Assembly (NCBI GenBank): GCA_963701995.1
Contig: OY969693.1
Span: forward strand, 743,724-807,723
From: Methanobacteriota archaeon
Lineage (GTDB): Archaea; Halobacteriota; Bog-38; Methanoflorentales; Methanoflorentaceae
Direction: 5' to 3'
DNA length: 64,000 nt
Part shown: positions 21,879-33,774 of the stretch, piece by piece
Position numbering within the stretch: the first letter of the stretch is position 1
Layout: every line of letters starts with the position of its first letter
Translations under genes and position numbers: made by a program
Notes under the pieces: generated by a model
What the model was told of the DNA's origin: nothing
Databases searched by the model: none
Seen by the model: only the letters and a program-made list of their open reading frames with translations

Positions 21879-22103
21879 CTATCGTCGTTGCTGCCTCGTG
21901 AGCTCGTCTTGGCTGCCTTCAAAGCGCGGGACCTCTCCTGGCTGAAAGTACACTAGCGGGCGGTCAGCCGTTCGGTCTGCCTTCCGCTTGTCTAAGTCGT
22001 CCACATAGGCCTTGAGCTTCTCACAGCACGTCTCTAGTTCTTTTACGCGTCTTTCCAGTGCGGCTATCCGTTCGTCGTTCGTGTTTACACCTACCAGAGT
22101 CAT
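21879..22103 (-). CDS. small coiled-coil protein
   Basis: 74-aa ORF with a heptad-like segment (RIAALERRVKELETCCEKLKAYVDDLDKRK). Confidence 0.3.
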   Translation of the reverse strand: MTLVGVNTNDERIAALERRVKELETCCEKLKAYVDDLDKRKADRTADRPLVYFQPGEVPRFEGSQDELTRQQRR

Positions 22104-22350
22104 AAAACGCTTGCCATCTTTGTCACCTGCTGATCACACTTCCATGACGTTGCCGACAACAAAAACGTTGTCTTTTCCGCTTGCTTGCGGTGGAGCTGCA
22201 GAATCTGATACACGAGCTGCGGGCGCTATAGGGAATTATTGAGGGGACTTCTATGTAGCCCTCTCCTTTTTTGGCACGTTCTCACTATCGAATTCTCGCT
22301 ATGACGAAAAACTAATAGATCAAGCTGCACAGACTCTCTTCAAGATCAAC

Positions 22351-23157
22351 ATGGCAAAGGAGAGATTCACGCTAGCCGAATCAATGACTTTCGTTGATAA
22401 GAAAGTCGTAGTCACTGGTGCTGCTTCCGGCATCGGAAAAGCGATCGCCCTGCGATTCGCTGAAGCTGGTGCATCTGTGTTACTTCTAGACGTTAACCCA
22501 GAAGGACTATCCGAGGCGGTTGGCTGTTTGGAAACCGCTCGTTGCCAGCATTCTACCTATGAAATTGACCTGGCCGACAAGAAGAAAATCGATCAGTTTT
22601 GGTCGACTCTCGACGGCGAACGCCCGCCCGATATTCTCGTAAACAACGCCGGCGTTTATCCGATGGAGGACTACTTGAACGTCGACGAGCACTTCCTAGA
22701 AAAAGTGTTTGACGTAAATATGAACGCCGCCTTCTGGATGTGTCAGAACTTCATTAGGTTGAGAAAGGAAAGAGGCGGCATCATCGTCAATGTCTCTTCC
22801 ATTGAGGCAGTTCTACCGTTCAAAAAGGACATGGTGCACTATGGCATGAGTAAGGCAGGCGTTATCGCACTCACGAGATCGCTCGCTCGAGACTACGGAA
22901 AGAGCGGCTTTCGGGTCAATGTCGTTCTTCCGGGCGCCATAAGAACGTCAGGGACGCGGTCATTAGTGAAAGATGCCATTCTCAACGTGAAGCTTGATCT
23001 CGTCAAGAGCGGATACGATTTTCAGCAAAGGCTTGCTCTTGGACGATGGGGTGAACCCGACGAGGTGGCGAAAGTCGTTCTCTTTCTTTGCAGTGACTTG
23101 GCAAGCTACGTTCAAGGCGCAATCGTCCCCGTTGACGGGGGCTTTCTTTCTTCCTAA
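22351..23157 (+). CDS. short-chain dehydrogenase/reductase (SDR)
   Basis: 268 aa; TGAASGIGKA cofactor motif, NNAG, and catalytic YGMSK. Confidence 0.9.
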   Translation: MAKERFTLAESMTFVDKKVVVTGAASGIGKAIALRFAEAGASVLLLDVNPEGLSEAVGCLETARCQHSTYEIDLADKKKIDQFWSTLDGERPPDILVNNAGVYPMEDYLNVDEHFLEKVFDVNMNAAFWMCQNFIRLRKERGGIIVNVSSIEAVLPFKKDMVHYGMSKAGVIALTRSLARDYGKSGFRVNVVLPGAIRTSGTRSLVKDAILNVKLDLVKSGYDFQQRLALGRWGEPDEVAKVVLFLCSDLASYVQGAIVPVDGGFLSS

Positions 23158-23610
23158 GAGCGCGCTCTAAAGCTGGAGAGCTCGACACAACCGATACGAA
23201 CATCAACGGCAAGCTAGTGCTAAAGGCATCAGATGTCCATACTGCGCGTGCCCCAACAGTACATAAGCGAGATACCGAACTTTTTTTTGAGACTATACAC
23301 GAAAGAAAACAGGCGTCCCTTATAGTGATGGGGTGTGCTGCGCGAAACGGGGCACGGTTTTACAACCGAGCAAAGAAGTTTTAGAACCTGTCGAAGAAAC
23401 TCGAGCTGATGCTCGTCTCTCAGCTTTGGAGTCTGCGATCAACCAGCGCGGTTAATCCTTTCTTCAAACGAAAGCGAAATCTTTCTCAAAAACAAAAACA
23501 GATGAGCCCGAGGTGATTCAAACGCCTTTCGCTGTGCAAAATGCGAAGGCATATAATGATGGAGTGAACTGCCCACGACAATAACCAGAGACACAGTTGG
23601 GTGCGTACTA

Positions 23611-24163
23611 ATGAGCATCGAGAACCGCTCTCTCCTCGCGGCACTCCTTTTTGTGGGTGTGGCGCAGTTCATTCTCGTGATAGCCATCACCGAAGCGCTG
23701 TATCCCGGGTATTCTGTGGCGACCAACGCACTCAGCGATTTGGGTGTCGGAGAAACGGCGCTTTTGTTCAACGCGTCGGTCGCGGTGTTAGGAGTATGCG
23801 TATTCATCGGGTCGCTGGTCGGCCGGCGTACCCTCCGCAGGGCCTTACAATCACTCTCGTGGCCACCGGCGCCTGTGCTGCAGGGGTGGCATATTCCCTG
23901 AAACCACCGGCGCGTCCCCCCTCGTCTTCTCGATCGTCACATTTGTCTTCGGCGCAGTTTCCGCGATCGTCTCATGTAGGGTACTGCGCCCGCCGCTCTC
24001 GTACGTCTCAGTGGGCCTGGGGATCATCGCGCTCTTTGCCCTTGTCCTAACCCTCACGCTTCACGATCTGGGAATAGGTCTAGGCGGGATGGAGCGCATG
24101 ACCGCCTACCCGATCTTCTTGTGGGCGCTCGGGTTCGGAGGATCCCTGATAGGTGCAAAGTGA
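23611..24163 (+). pseudogene. DUF998-like membrane protein, apparently frameshifted
   Basis: N-terminal 96 aa resemble the intact paralog at 31460-32170, then the hydrophobic continuation is in another frame from about 23880 to the TGA at 24161-24163. Confidence 0.4.
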
Positions 24164-24270
24164 CTATTAATCGGCCGAAGCGGAGCTGTCACATTTGATG
24201 GATTTTATGATATGACGGTTGCCATGTTGCAGGGGATCCCTCGCGGTGCGGCGGGCCAGCAGCAGTGTAC

Positions 24271-24618
24271 TCATTTGACAATGTCTTTTAGCTCTCGACT
24301 AAGCGAATAGCCAATGATGACTCTGATGCCGACGATGAATGCGAGAATAACAGCCTGATCCAAATTGGGACTGAGTATCGTCCTTACGAGGTCATTCGCG
24401 ATAAAAAGCTCCAAGGCCAGAACGATTTTTGAGGTGTAATCCAATCTGATGGCGGTGTAATCGGGGGGGTGTCGGCGAAGGACACTCTTTACGAGCTCCA
24501 CTACGACGCGGGCACTTGCGTAGAAGATGATGACGGCGCCTACGACCTCGAAGAAGGTGACAATCCAGCTGACGACAATTACCCAGTTGCTAATATCCTC
24601 GAACATGTGGATGAACAA
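24271..24618 (-). CDS. small membrane protein (DUF1622-like)
   Basis: 115 aa, three hydrophobic helices. Confidence 0.5.
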   Translation of the reverse strand: MFIHMFEDISNWVIVVSWIVTFFEVVGAVIIFYASARVVVELVKSVLRRHPPDYTAIRLDYTSKIVLALELFIANDLVRTILSPNLDQAVILAFIVGIRVIIGYSLSRELKDIVK

Positions 24619-24678
24619 CAGTCGGGCTTTTTATCGGTGATACTTGGTAATAACATTTCCTTCGCGAAACCTACCCAG

Positions 24679-26808
<2,130 letters not shown>

Positions 26809-27331
26809 AGGTACCTCGGAAGTAGGCTAGTGCCGCGGCGCAAATAGCTTTCGTTTGACCGTCTCACCTTTCTCACTCGCAGTGATTTGAACCGGTCTCA
26901 ACTTCAGGCGAGCTGCTAGTTGGGAATGAGTAGGTGCTTCTGCGTCAAGCAGGCACATTGACCGCCGATCACTTCTGCGCCCGGTAACTTCGGTTGAGCA
27001 CCACGGTGACGCGAGAGGTGAAGTGGCTAATACTAGTGCAAACACAGTGACTATTTATGACTACACAGGAGCGCAAGCCAAAAGAGCCCAGTTTTGTCAC
27101 AGGCCAAGAAGCTCTAATATATGAAGTCGAACGGGCGTGTGGCCAATTAAACAAGCTTAAGGACTTGCAACTAGACGAGCCTTTTTTGCGTGCGGTGGCT
27201 GCGGAAATACGAGCGCACATGAACCACTTAGGGGCAAGCTTGCAGAGCTTAACGGAGCCTTGTGGCTAATGACTGTAGCTAAAACGGCTCGCGCTTGCCA
27301 AGGAGCCTCCTCGGCTTCAGCCCTGCTGCGA

Positions 27332-27601
27332 TCAACTCTCACGTCTGTCCGCGTCGCCTTGCCTACCAACAATCGTGCCCAGCACAAGGCGCTTACTTAG
27401 AGGGCTAAGATACGTGTGACGTCTTTCTTTTTCTTGCCCTTCTCGCTCCACATCCCTGAAGCACGAAACGAGCGCGTCGAGTGCCTGCGTATCATCTAGA
27501 CTAGCCTCGGACTTCTCATAAGCTTTTGTCTTGACCTCTGAAAGCGCGCGGCTCAATAGCTCCGCGTCGCTGCCCGTTAAGATTAGCCCACTTTCTATCA
27601 T
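27332..27601 (-). CDS. small-protein paralog A of a three-copy family (89 aa)
   Basis: MIESGLILTGSDAELLSRALSEVKTK...; AGGAGG Shine-Dalgarno motif upstream; paralogs at 44108 and 60516 share the leader. Confidence 0.5.
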   Translation of the reverse strand: MIESGLILTGSDAELLSRALSEVKTKAYEKSEASLDDTQALDALVSCFRDVEREGQEKERRHTYLSPLSKRLVLGTIVGRQGDADRRES

Positions 27602-27713
27602 CTTTCCCCTCCTGGTCGGTGATTTTTACATGAACTACGTGACATAATGCATGATCGCTTTGTTCTGACGCCGATATTAGCGCCAAAATGGCCTTCATTC
27701 GCCGTGAAGAGAG

Positions 27714-27857
27714 TTAAGCAAGCTTCAAAGGGTAAATGGCCACTGGGCTAGTCTCTGATGTAGCGCGGACGGCGTACTCCTCACAATACGAAACGCCCTC
27801 CCTATCGCCACGCTGCTTACAATGGGCGTACTTTTCGCACCTTTGGCAGTTCATCAT
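27714..27857 (-). CDS. Cys-rich mini-ORF (47 aa) inside repeat family R3
   Basis: MMNCQRCEKYAHCKQRGDREGVSYCEEY...; similar mini-ORFs at 32220-32327 and 31232-31303; coding status uncertain. Confidence 0.2.
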   Translation of the reverse strand: MMNCQRCEKYAHCKQRGDREGVSYCEEYAVRATSETSPVAIYPLKLA

Positions 27858-28070
27858 ATTTGCATTTCATGAATGGCAGAGTAAAGAAGCCTATCCGCGC
27901 GGGGGGAAACTAACCGGGCCAGAAATATCCGGCGATTTGTTCCTCCAACGCGCTTTGCATGTTATGTCTCCATGTGCGTAAGGGTCGCTCGCAAATTCAC
28001 CATCTAGTCGGGTAGGAAATCGTCAAAAGCCCTAATCTGCTTGCCATTGGAGGGCGCATAGACGTTATCC
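27761..28070. repeat. dispersed repeat family R3, copy 1 (about 310 bp)
   Basis: About 80-85% identical to 32234-32530; its 3' half recurs inverted at 58909-59045. Confidence 0.6.
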
Positions 28071-28231
28071 GCTTCTGAAACCTGCCAGACCGGCTTATGT
28101 GGTAGTCACAAAAATCAAATCAAAACGAGGAGGTACATGGCAGCCCAGCACTGTCAGAAGTATTTTAGTCGTGTCTAAAAGGAGCCTAGAGCAGAGAGTA
28201 TTAACAATAAGCATCATCAAGGACATTCAAT

Positions 28232-28687
28232 GTGAAAACATTGATTGTCTATGTTTCAATTCACCACCAGAACACGGAAAAAGTAGCAAAGGTGATGGCA
28301 GAAGTGCTGGGGGCGGACCTTGTCCCTATCGGTCAGGCGCAACCCGACACCCTCACGGCGTATGACCAGATCGGATTCGGATCAGGGATTTATTACATGA
28401 AGTTCCATAAGAGGCTCCTCCAGTTTGTGGAGGCGCTCCCGGCCGTCACGAGAAAACGGGCTTTTATCTTCTCTACGGGCGGTGAAGGGGAAATACAGAG
28501 GCATGCTGCTCTGAAAGAGCTGTTGATGAATCGAGGATTCTCCAACGTGGGCGATTTCTCCTGCAAGGGATGGGATACCTGGGGGCCTCTGAAACTTGTC
28601 GGGGGGACTAATAAGGGAAGACCAAATGCGGAAGATCTGGAGGAGGCGCGGGTATTTGCACGGGGATTGAAAGAAAAACATACATGA
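28232..28687 (+). CDS. flavodoxin-like protein
   Basis: 151 aa; MKTLIVYVSIHHQNTEKVAKVMAEVLGADL start typical of the flavodoxin fold; GTG start. Confidence 0.7.
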   Translation: MKTLIVYVSIHHQNTEKVAKVMAEVLGADLVPIGQAQPDTLTAYDQIGFGSGIYYMKFHKRLLQFVEALPAVTRKRAFIFSTGGEGEIQRHAALKELLMNRGFSNVGDFSCKGWDTWGPLKLVGGTNKGRPNAEDLEEARVFARGLKEKHT

Positions 28688-28878
28688 CTTGAGCTTGTGA
28701 GCTTACGCTTACCTGCTCCCAGGGTCGGCTTCTGGAGCAGGCGACGCTGCAAGACGCCCCTTATGCTTAGTTTTAACCTTTCTGAACAATATTCGGTTTC
28801 TGGGCGCGATTGTTCGGCGGCGGCAAAAGAAGGAAGCGTGAGGTCGATAGCCGCATGAACTGATGGAATTACGTCAGA

Positions 28879-29287
28879 TCATTTGATGTTCTGCGCGAGC
28901 TCATCCGCAGTCGTTGCCGTCTTCTTCATTAAATTTGACAACGTTTCAATGAACTTCGACCGTCTGTCTATCGTCATCTCCAAGCGTAGCGACGTCATTT
29001 CCGACATTTTGTTCATGCCATCTGACAGTACCTCTAAGCTCTGAAATACGCCCCCTGAGCTGCTGCTGTTCTTGCAGCACATTCTGCAATTCCGCATTTG
29101 CTTGCTGTGCGTCGTCCCGAACGGCGCTTATGTCTTCTATCAACTCAAATAATAGCTCGATTTCTTTTGATAGGTCTTTCCGCTTTGGCATTGCCTCACC
29201 TTCTGCGCGTTCCGCGTGTTCCGCGTGTGTTGAACTGCACATACACCGCCGGCCGCGCTTAAAAGTGATATCTTGATATCCGATCAT
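28879..29287 (-). CDS. coiled-coil protein, apparently split by a frameshift at a C5/G5 run
   Basis: Two overlapping minus-strand ORFs (28946-29287 and 28879-29097) join into one roughly 118-aa coiled-coil protein if a 1-nt indel at 29051-29055 is corrected. Confidence 0.3.
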
Positions 29288-29499
29288 ATAAAAACAGTGT
29301 GACCATTAGGGCGCGGGGTTTTGATGCTGCTATGTAGTTGTTTATCTTACATTTTTTGCTGCAGCTGGAAAACGAACGCCTCGCTGGCTTTAAATCGAAA
29401 AAAGAAATAAATAAAGAGGAGATAAGGAATAAGTTATAGGAACACGCTATAAAAACCCCCTAACTTTCATTTTAGGACCTCATTTTAAACTCTATTAGT

Positions 29500-29832
29500 T
29501 TAGTCTTCTTGGCTACCGAACAGGTCTTGAACACGAGCTATAGGCTTTTCAGGGTCAAATATATGAAAAGTTAAAAAATAGTCATCTTCAGTGCGGTTAA
29601 TGGCATATTTTTCAAGGCGTAGTGGTAATGCTTCATTGTCACGTGAGAAAATGGGCTCTCCGTGCTTCTTTACAGCTATCTCATTCAGCCTATCGGTTTC
29701 AGCGTCCTAATAGGCTTCTTCTTCTGCTGACATTTTTGATTCCTCAATAAAGCGAGTTTGGAGATAGTCTGCAACTTCTTTAGCTAGGCGTTCTAAAAGG
29801 ACTTTACGAACTTTCATATGCCTATCAGTCAT
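29500..29832 (-). pseudogene. small gene in a low-GC island with one in-frame TAG codon
   Basis: Hand translation MTDRHMKVRKVLLERLAKEVADYLQTRFIEESKMSAEEEAY-TAG-DAETDRLNEIAVKKHGEPIFSRDNEALPLRLEKYAINRTEDDYFLTFHIFDPEKPIARVQDLFGSQED; the frame is maintained across the TAG at 29707-29709. Confidence 0.3.
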
Positions 29833-29977
29833 GCGCTTAAATCCTTCCAATACTTACTCCCCCCAGCTCTCCTTTTTCGCCTTCACAATAAAACACGTAA
29901 CACTCAACTTTTGCAGCTTATATCTTCGCACTTTGACAAGCGGCAAAGATCCGTTCGTGCGCGAAGGCGTAGCCGTA

Positions 29978-30057
29978 GCGCACTCACTACGCTAGGTCAA
30001 GGTGTCCAAGAATTACGACAGCCGCCCCCTTTGCTTGGATTTAATGTTGAATTGCTA
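29978..30057. repeat. 80-bp direct repeat, left copy, flanking the gene at 30172-30915
   Basis: GCGCACTCACTACGCTAGGTC...TTTAATGTTGAATTGCTA; about 88% identical to 30923-31002. Confidence 0.6.
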
Positions 30058-30171
30058 GAGGAAAACCCCATATGCCTCCTTACTTGTTGCCCAAAAACCT
30101 ACTTACTGCACATGCAAAATTACTGTGTTGGTTTTGCGGAGCGTGTTTCTCCTTCGTGATCTGTTTTTTCC

Positions 30172-30915
30172 TTGCGTATGCCTTATCCCCTTCCGTGCGC
30201 TACTCAATTTGATGATATTATGACCGACGAAAAGAAAGAAGAGAAGAGAATCGCCATGGAAGAACGACGCAAGCATCCCTTCGAGGCAACCGTTACGCCC
30301 GAGGTGCTCGAACGGGGGCGACACTGGATCACTGTCCGGCTGAGGAACGTATCAACGGAGCCCCTCGTCGACGTAAGCGCGACGCTGTATACCTATAACT
30401 CGCACGATCTCGACGTTTTGACAAGCGGCTCTTTTCATTTCGTGCAAGAGTTGCGCCCTCACGACATGGCAGCGCTCAACTTCCACGTTTTTGCGAACCA
30501 CACAGGATGGGTCTATCTGCACGTCACGGCGTACCGCGACGGTGCTTTCGTGAACTGGTACTCCCCCTATTATGAGGTTCGACTCGTTGAAGATCCCGCC
30601 GAGATCCAGACCTTCTTCGTGAATCGGCCCTACTGGGCCTATGAAGAAACAATCGAGACGGAAACGGTCGTGCACGCCCACCGCGACGTGCCGAATCTAC
30701 GGCTCGAAATCGCTGCAACTCCCCCGTCGAAATCCCACACGCTCATGGACGTAGTTGATATCGATTTCATCGCAGAAGGCGGCACGAAGCGATTCGTAAG
30801 CGAGCTTTACGCGAGTGAAGAAGGCATGTACCACCTCACAGCGCGCCTTTTTCACGATCAGAAGCTCATTAGCAGCAAGCTGGCATCCTGCTACGTTACG
30901 CCCCTTGAGGAGTGA
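30172..30915 (+). CDS. hypothetical protein (247 aa) bounded by 80-bp direct repeats
   Basis: Long ORF with typical composition; the true start may be the internal Met at 30217; no recognisable motif. Confidence 0.5.
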   Translation: MRMPYPLPCATQFDDIMTDEKKEEKRIAMEERRKHPFEATVTPEVLERGRHWITVRLRNVSTEPLVDVSATLYTYNSHDLDVLTSGSFHFVQELRPHDMAALNFHVFANHTGWVYLHVTAYRDGAFVNWYSPYYEVRLVEDPAEIQTFFVNRPYWAYEETIETETVVHAHRDVPNLRLEIAATPPSKSHTLMDVVDIDFIAEGGTKRFVSELYASEEGMYHLTARLFHDQKLISSKLASCYVTPLEE

Positions 30916-30922
30916 ATCTGCG

Positions 30923-31002
30923 GCGCACTCACTACGCTAGGTCGAGGTGTCCAAAAATTACGACAGCCTTCCCGCTTGCATGAATTTAATGTTGAATTGC
31001 TA
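30923..31002. repeat. 80-bp direct repeat, right copy
   Basis: Matches 29978-30057 in the same orientation. Confidence 0.6.
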
Positions 31003-31459
31003 ACGGGAATACGCCTATACGGTGGCCTAATTAAGGCACAAGCTAATTCAAGGCGTCGGTTTTGGTAGCAGAGCCACGAGGCGACAGAGCGCTGCGAGGG
31101 AAGCCGAGGGGCGTAGCGGTCTCTGTGTGCCGGAATACTTGGAATATTTGGAAGCTATAAAAAGGAGTTTTACTAGTTTTACCTCGCACTCAGCGGTCTT
31201 TCAAGCTTGCTGTTTACTGATCGGAATTTTCTTATTCTTTGTCCGCACAGAGGGGGTAAAATTGCCAACAGGCGTACTTCTCGCACCCTAGACAGCTCAT
31301 CATGTTAGTCTCTTTGGGCAGCAGCGGAAAGCACGTTACCGCGTCGCGAAAATAACTAGGTCGCCGATTTTTGGGTTTTTTCGTATGTGCGCCATACCGA
31401 AAGCTTTATTGTCGCTGCTACTGCGTTATTTGGCGTTTAGTGACGATTGATAACGACCG

Positions 31460-32170
31460 GTGCATCTGTTTCAGAACGACGGCGATAAGAAACGAGAACA
31501 CCGTTTGGAGGTCTTTGTGCCAGCAGATGAAACGTCGCCACCTATACATCGAACACTGCGGCAGGTCGCGGGCGTGTGCGGCCTGTTGGGTGCAATCGTC
31601 GCTTTGAGCTTTGTAGGGCTTGCGATCTTTTATTCACCAGGCAATTTCAGTATCACGCAAAACTGGCTTAGCGATCTCGGCGGTATGGGCTATACGGCCT
31701 TTGAGAACGTCTCCCGGCCCTCAGTCACCTCGTCTACCACGGCGCTCCTCTTCGATTCGGGGCTCTCAGTGGCGGGCATTCTTGGCATCATCTTCTCGTT
31801 AGGACTGTTGAGCGATGCCCATTCGCCTGCGTACCGGCTAGGTGCGGTGTGCACGACGTTGGGAGCAGCTGCGATCGCCGGGGTCGGTCTCTTGCCCGAG
31901 CCGCTTGGCGTCATACATATCGTCGCAAGCTTCGCTTTTGGGATATTCTTCGCGGCAGCTATGTTCCTCATTGGCGGCTCGCTTGTCGATTCTTCCGCAA
32001 AGCCTTTAGGGGCGTTTTCAATCGCCCTCGGCATCGTCGCTCTGATAGGTACCTCTCAAATCAGTTACGAGCGGGGCGTCGCTGAGATTATCTTAGCCGC
32101 CGCGATAGCACTTTGGTTTGTGGTCTTTAGCATTCGAATGTTGAGGCGCGCGTCGCTCCGCGAGACATAG
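31460..32170 (+). CDS. DUF998-family membrane protein
   Basis: 236-aa polytopic protein, paralogous to the frameshifted copy at 23611-24163; GTG start. Confidence 0.6.
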   Translation: MHLFQNDGDKKREHRLEVFVPADETSPPIHRTLRQVAGVCGLLGAIVALSFVGLAIFYSPGNFSITQNWLSDLGGMGYTAFENVSRPSVTSSTTALLFDSGLSVAGILGIIFSLGLLSDAHSPAYRLGAVCTTLGAAAIAGVGLLPEPLGVIHIVASFAFGIFFAAAMFLIGGSLVDSSAKPLGAFSIALGIVALIGTSQISYERGVAEIILAAAIALWFVVFSIRMLRRASLRET

Positions 32171-32233
32171 AATAGCACCCACTCATTTCGTTTACGATCC
32201 CCTTAGCTCGCCCTGCTAGTTAGTTTAGGATAA

Positions 32234-32530
32234 AGCGCGGACGGCGATATTCTTCGCAATACGGAACGTGCTCCCTATCGCCACGCAACCTACAATGGGC
32301 GTACTTCTCGCACCTTTGGCAGTTCATCACGGGCGCATTTCATGAGTGTAGCGTAAAGAGGGCTATCCACGCGGTGGGAAACTAACCGTCGCCAGGAATA
32401 CCAAAGTCAGCGCATCGGCGATTTATTCCTCCAACGCGCTTTGCATGCCATGTCTCATGTGTGTAGAGGTCGCTCCCAAATTCACCACCTAGACGGGCAG
32501 GAAATCGTCAAAAGCCGTAATCTGCTTGGG
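32234..32530. repeat. dispersed repeat family R3, copy 2
   Basis: Aligns with 27761-28070 in the same orientation; contains the mini-ORF MNCQRCEKYAHCRLRGDREHVPYCEEY on the minus strand (32220-32327). Confidence 0.6.
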
Positions 32531-32764
32531 GAGGGGGCACAAAAACGACTGGGCTCACGAGTGGTGAACGCGACGTGGTGCACTTGTGATTGTGAAAGAG
32601 CTGGGATCTACTGGGGTAGTAAGTCGACCGCGAAGCGCTCTCAAGGCTAACCGCATCAAAAGAGACGCAGCGACAAGTCTCTAATGGGAGATTAGGACGC
32701 AGCTCTATGAGCACGTGCGTAAGAAGATACGCACAGGAGTCTTTTTATAAGCGCCGCTGGAAAC

Positions 32765-33646
32765 GTGTTTGTTATGCATACCGGTTTTTGCAGATTCAAC
32801 GTCGGCCTCTTTGAGTGCATAGCGCTCAGTGATGGTTCTTTTACCTATCCTAGCCCGGGTCCGTTTCTCTTCGCCAACGCTCCTATCGAGGGTTTGCGAG
32901 CAAAGCTTCACGCGTATCACATTCAACCAGAGCAGTGGACAGAGTGGACAAGCCCATACACGTGCATTGCCGTTGACACTGGCACCCATCGTGCGCTCAT
33001 CGACACTGGCGGCGGGAGTCTCAGCCTTGATACGGGCCGCCTGCTGCAGAACCTTCACGCCGTGGGTATTGAGCCCGCGGAAATTGACGTAATCGTCATC
33101 AGCCACGCACATCCGGACCATCTCGGCGGTAATACCAGCACTAACGGAGAACCCATTTTCCCTAACGCACGCTTTGTCATTCACCGAGACGAATGGGATT
33201 TTTGGATGGGGATGCCCGACTTACGGGCACTGCAGACCGAGGACTTCGTCAAACGGCTGCTCGTCAACACCGCGCGCGCGAAGCTCGGAGCGATTGAGGG
33301 GCAGGTCGAACTCATTAACCGTGAAAAGGAGATCCTGCCCGGCATTCGGGCACTCGCCGCCCCGGGCCACACGCCGGGCCACATGGCTTTGGCCATATAC
33401 TCAAACGACAGGCAGCTGTTATGCCTCTCAGATACGGTGCTCCACCCCATCCATTTGGAGTCGCCTGAGTGGTACGCCGCCGTCGACCTCGATCCTGAGC
33501 AAACCGTCATCACACGTCACCGGCTCCTTGCGACGGCCGCAAACCAGAAATCGCTCGTCCACGCGTATCACTTCCCGTTTTCTGCGTTAGGACACATCGT
33601 CGCAAAGGGAGATGGATGGCAATGGCGCAGCTGGAAAGCAAAATAG
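32765..33646 (+). CDS. MBL-fold metallo-hydrolase
   Basis: 293 aa; HAHPDH metal-binding motif and downstream His/Asp ligands (PGHTPGH). Confidence 0.85.
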   Translation: MFVMHTGFCRFNVGLFECIALSDGSFTYPSPGPFLFANAPIEGLRAKLHAYHIQPEQWTEWTSPYTCIAVDTGTHRALIDTGGGSLSLDTGRLLQNLHAVGIEPAEIDVIVISHAHPDHLGGNTSTNGEPIFPNARFVIHRDEWDFWMGMPDLRALQTEDFVKRLLVNTARAKLGAIEGQVELINREKEILPGIRALAAPGHTPGHMALAIYSNDRQLLCLSDTVLHPIHLESPEWYAAVDLDPEQTVITRHRLLATAANQKSLVHAYHFPFSALGHIVAKGDGWQWRSWKAK

Positions 33647-33774
33647 CTGACTGTTGTGCCGAGGTGGAAGCGCTCAGCAAGATGGCGAATATACTGGCCA
33701 GTGTCAGCCAATGAGAATGTGAGATCATAGACGAGAGAATCAAAGAGACCATGCGCCATTTGAAGGCACAGTGC

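Noticed and set aside
29707-29709. In-frame TAG as a pyrrolysine codon
   Set aside because: uvrB in the same window terminates with TAG, the ORF is tiny and in a low-GC island, and no Pyl-associated genes are visible. A pseudogene is more likely, but this cannot be excluded without the whole genome.
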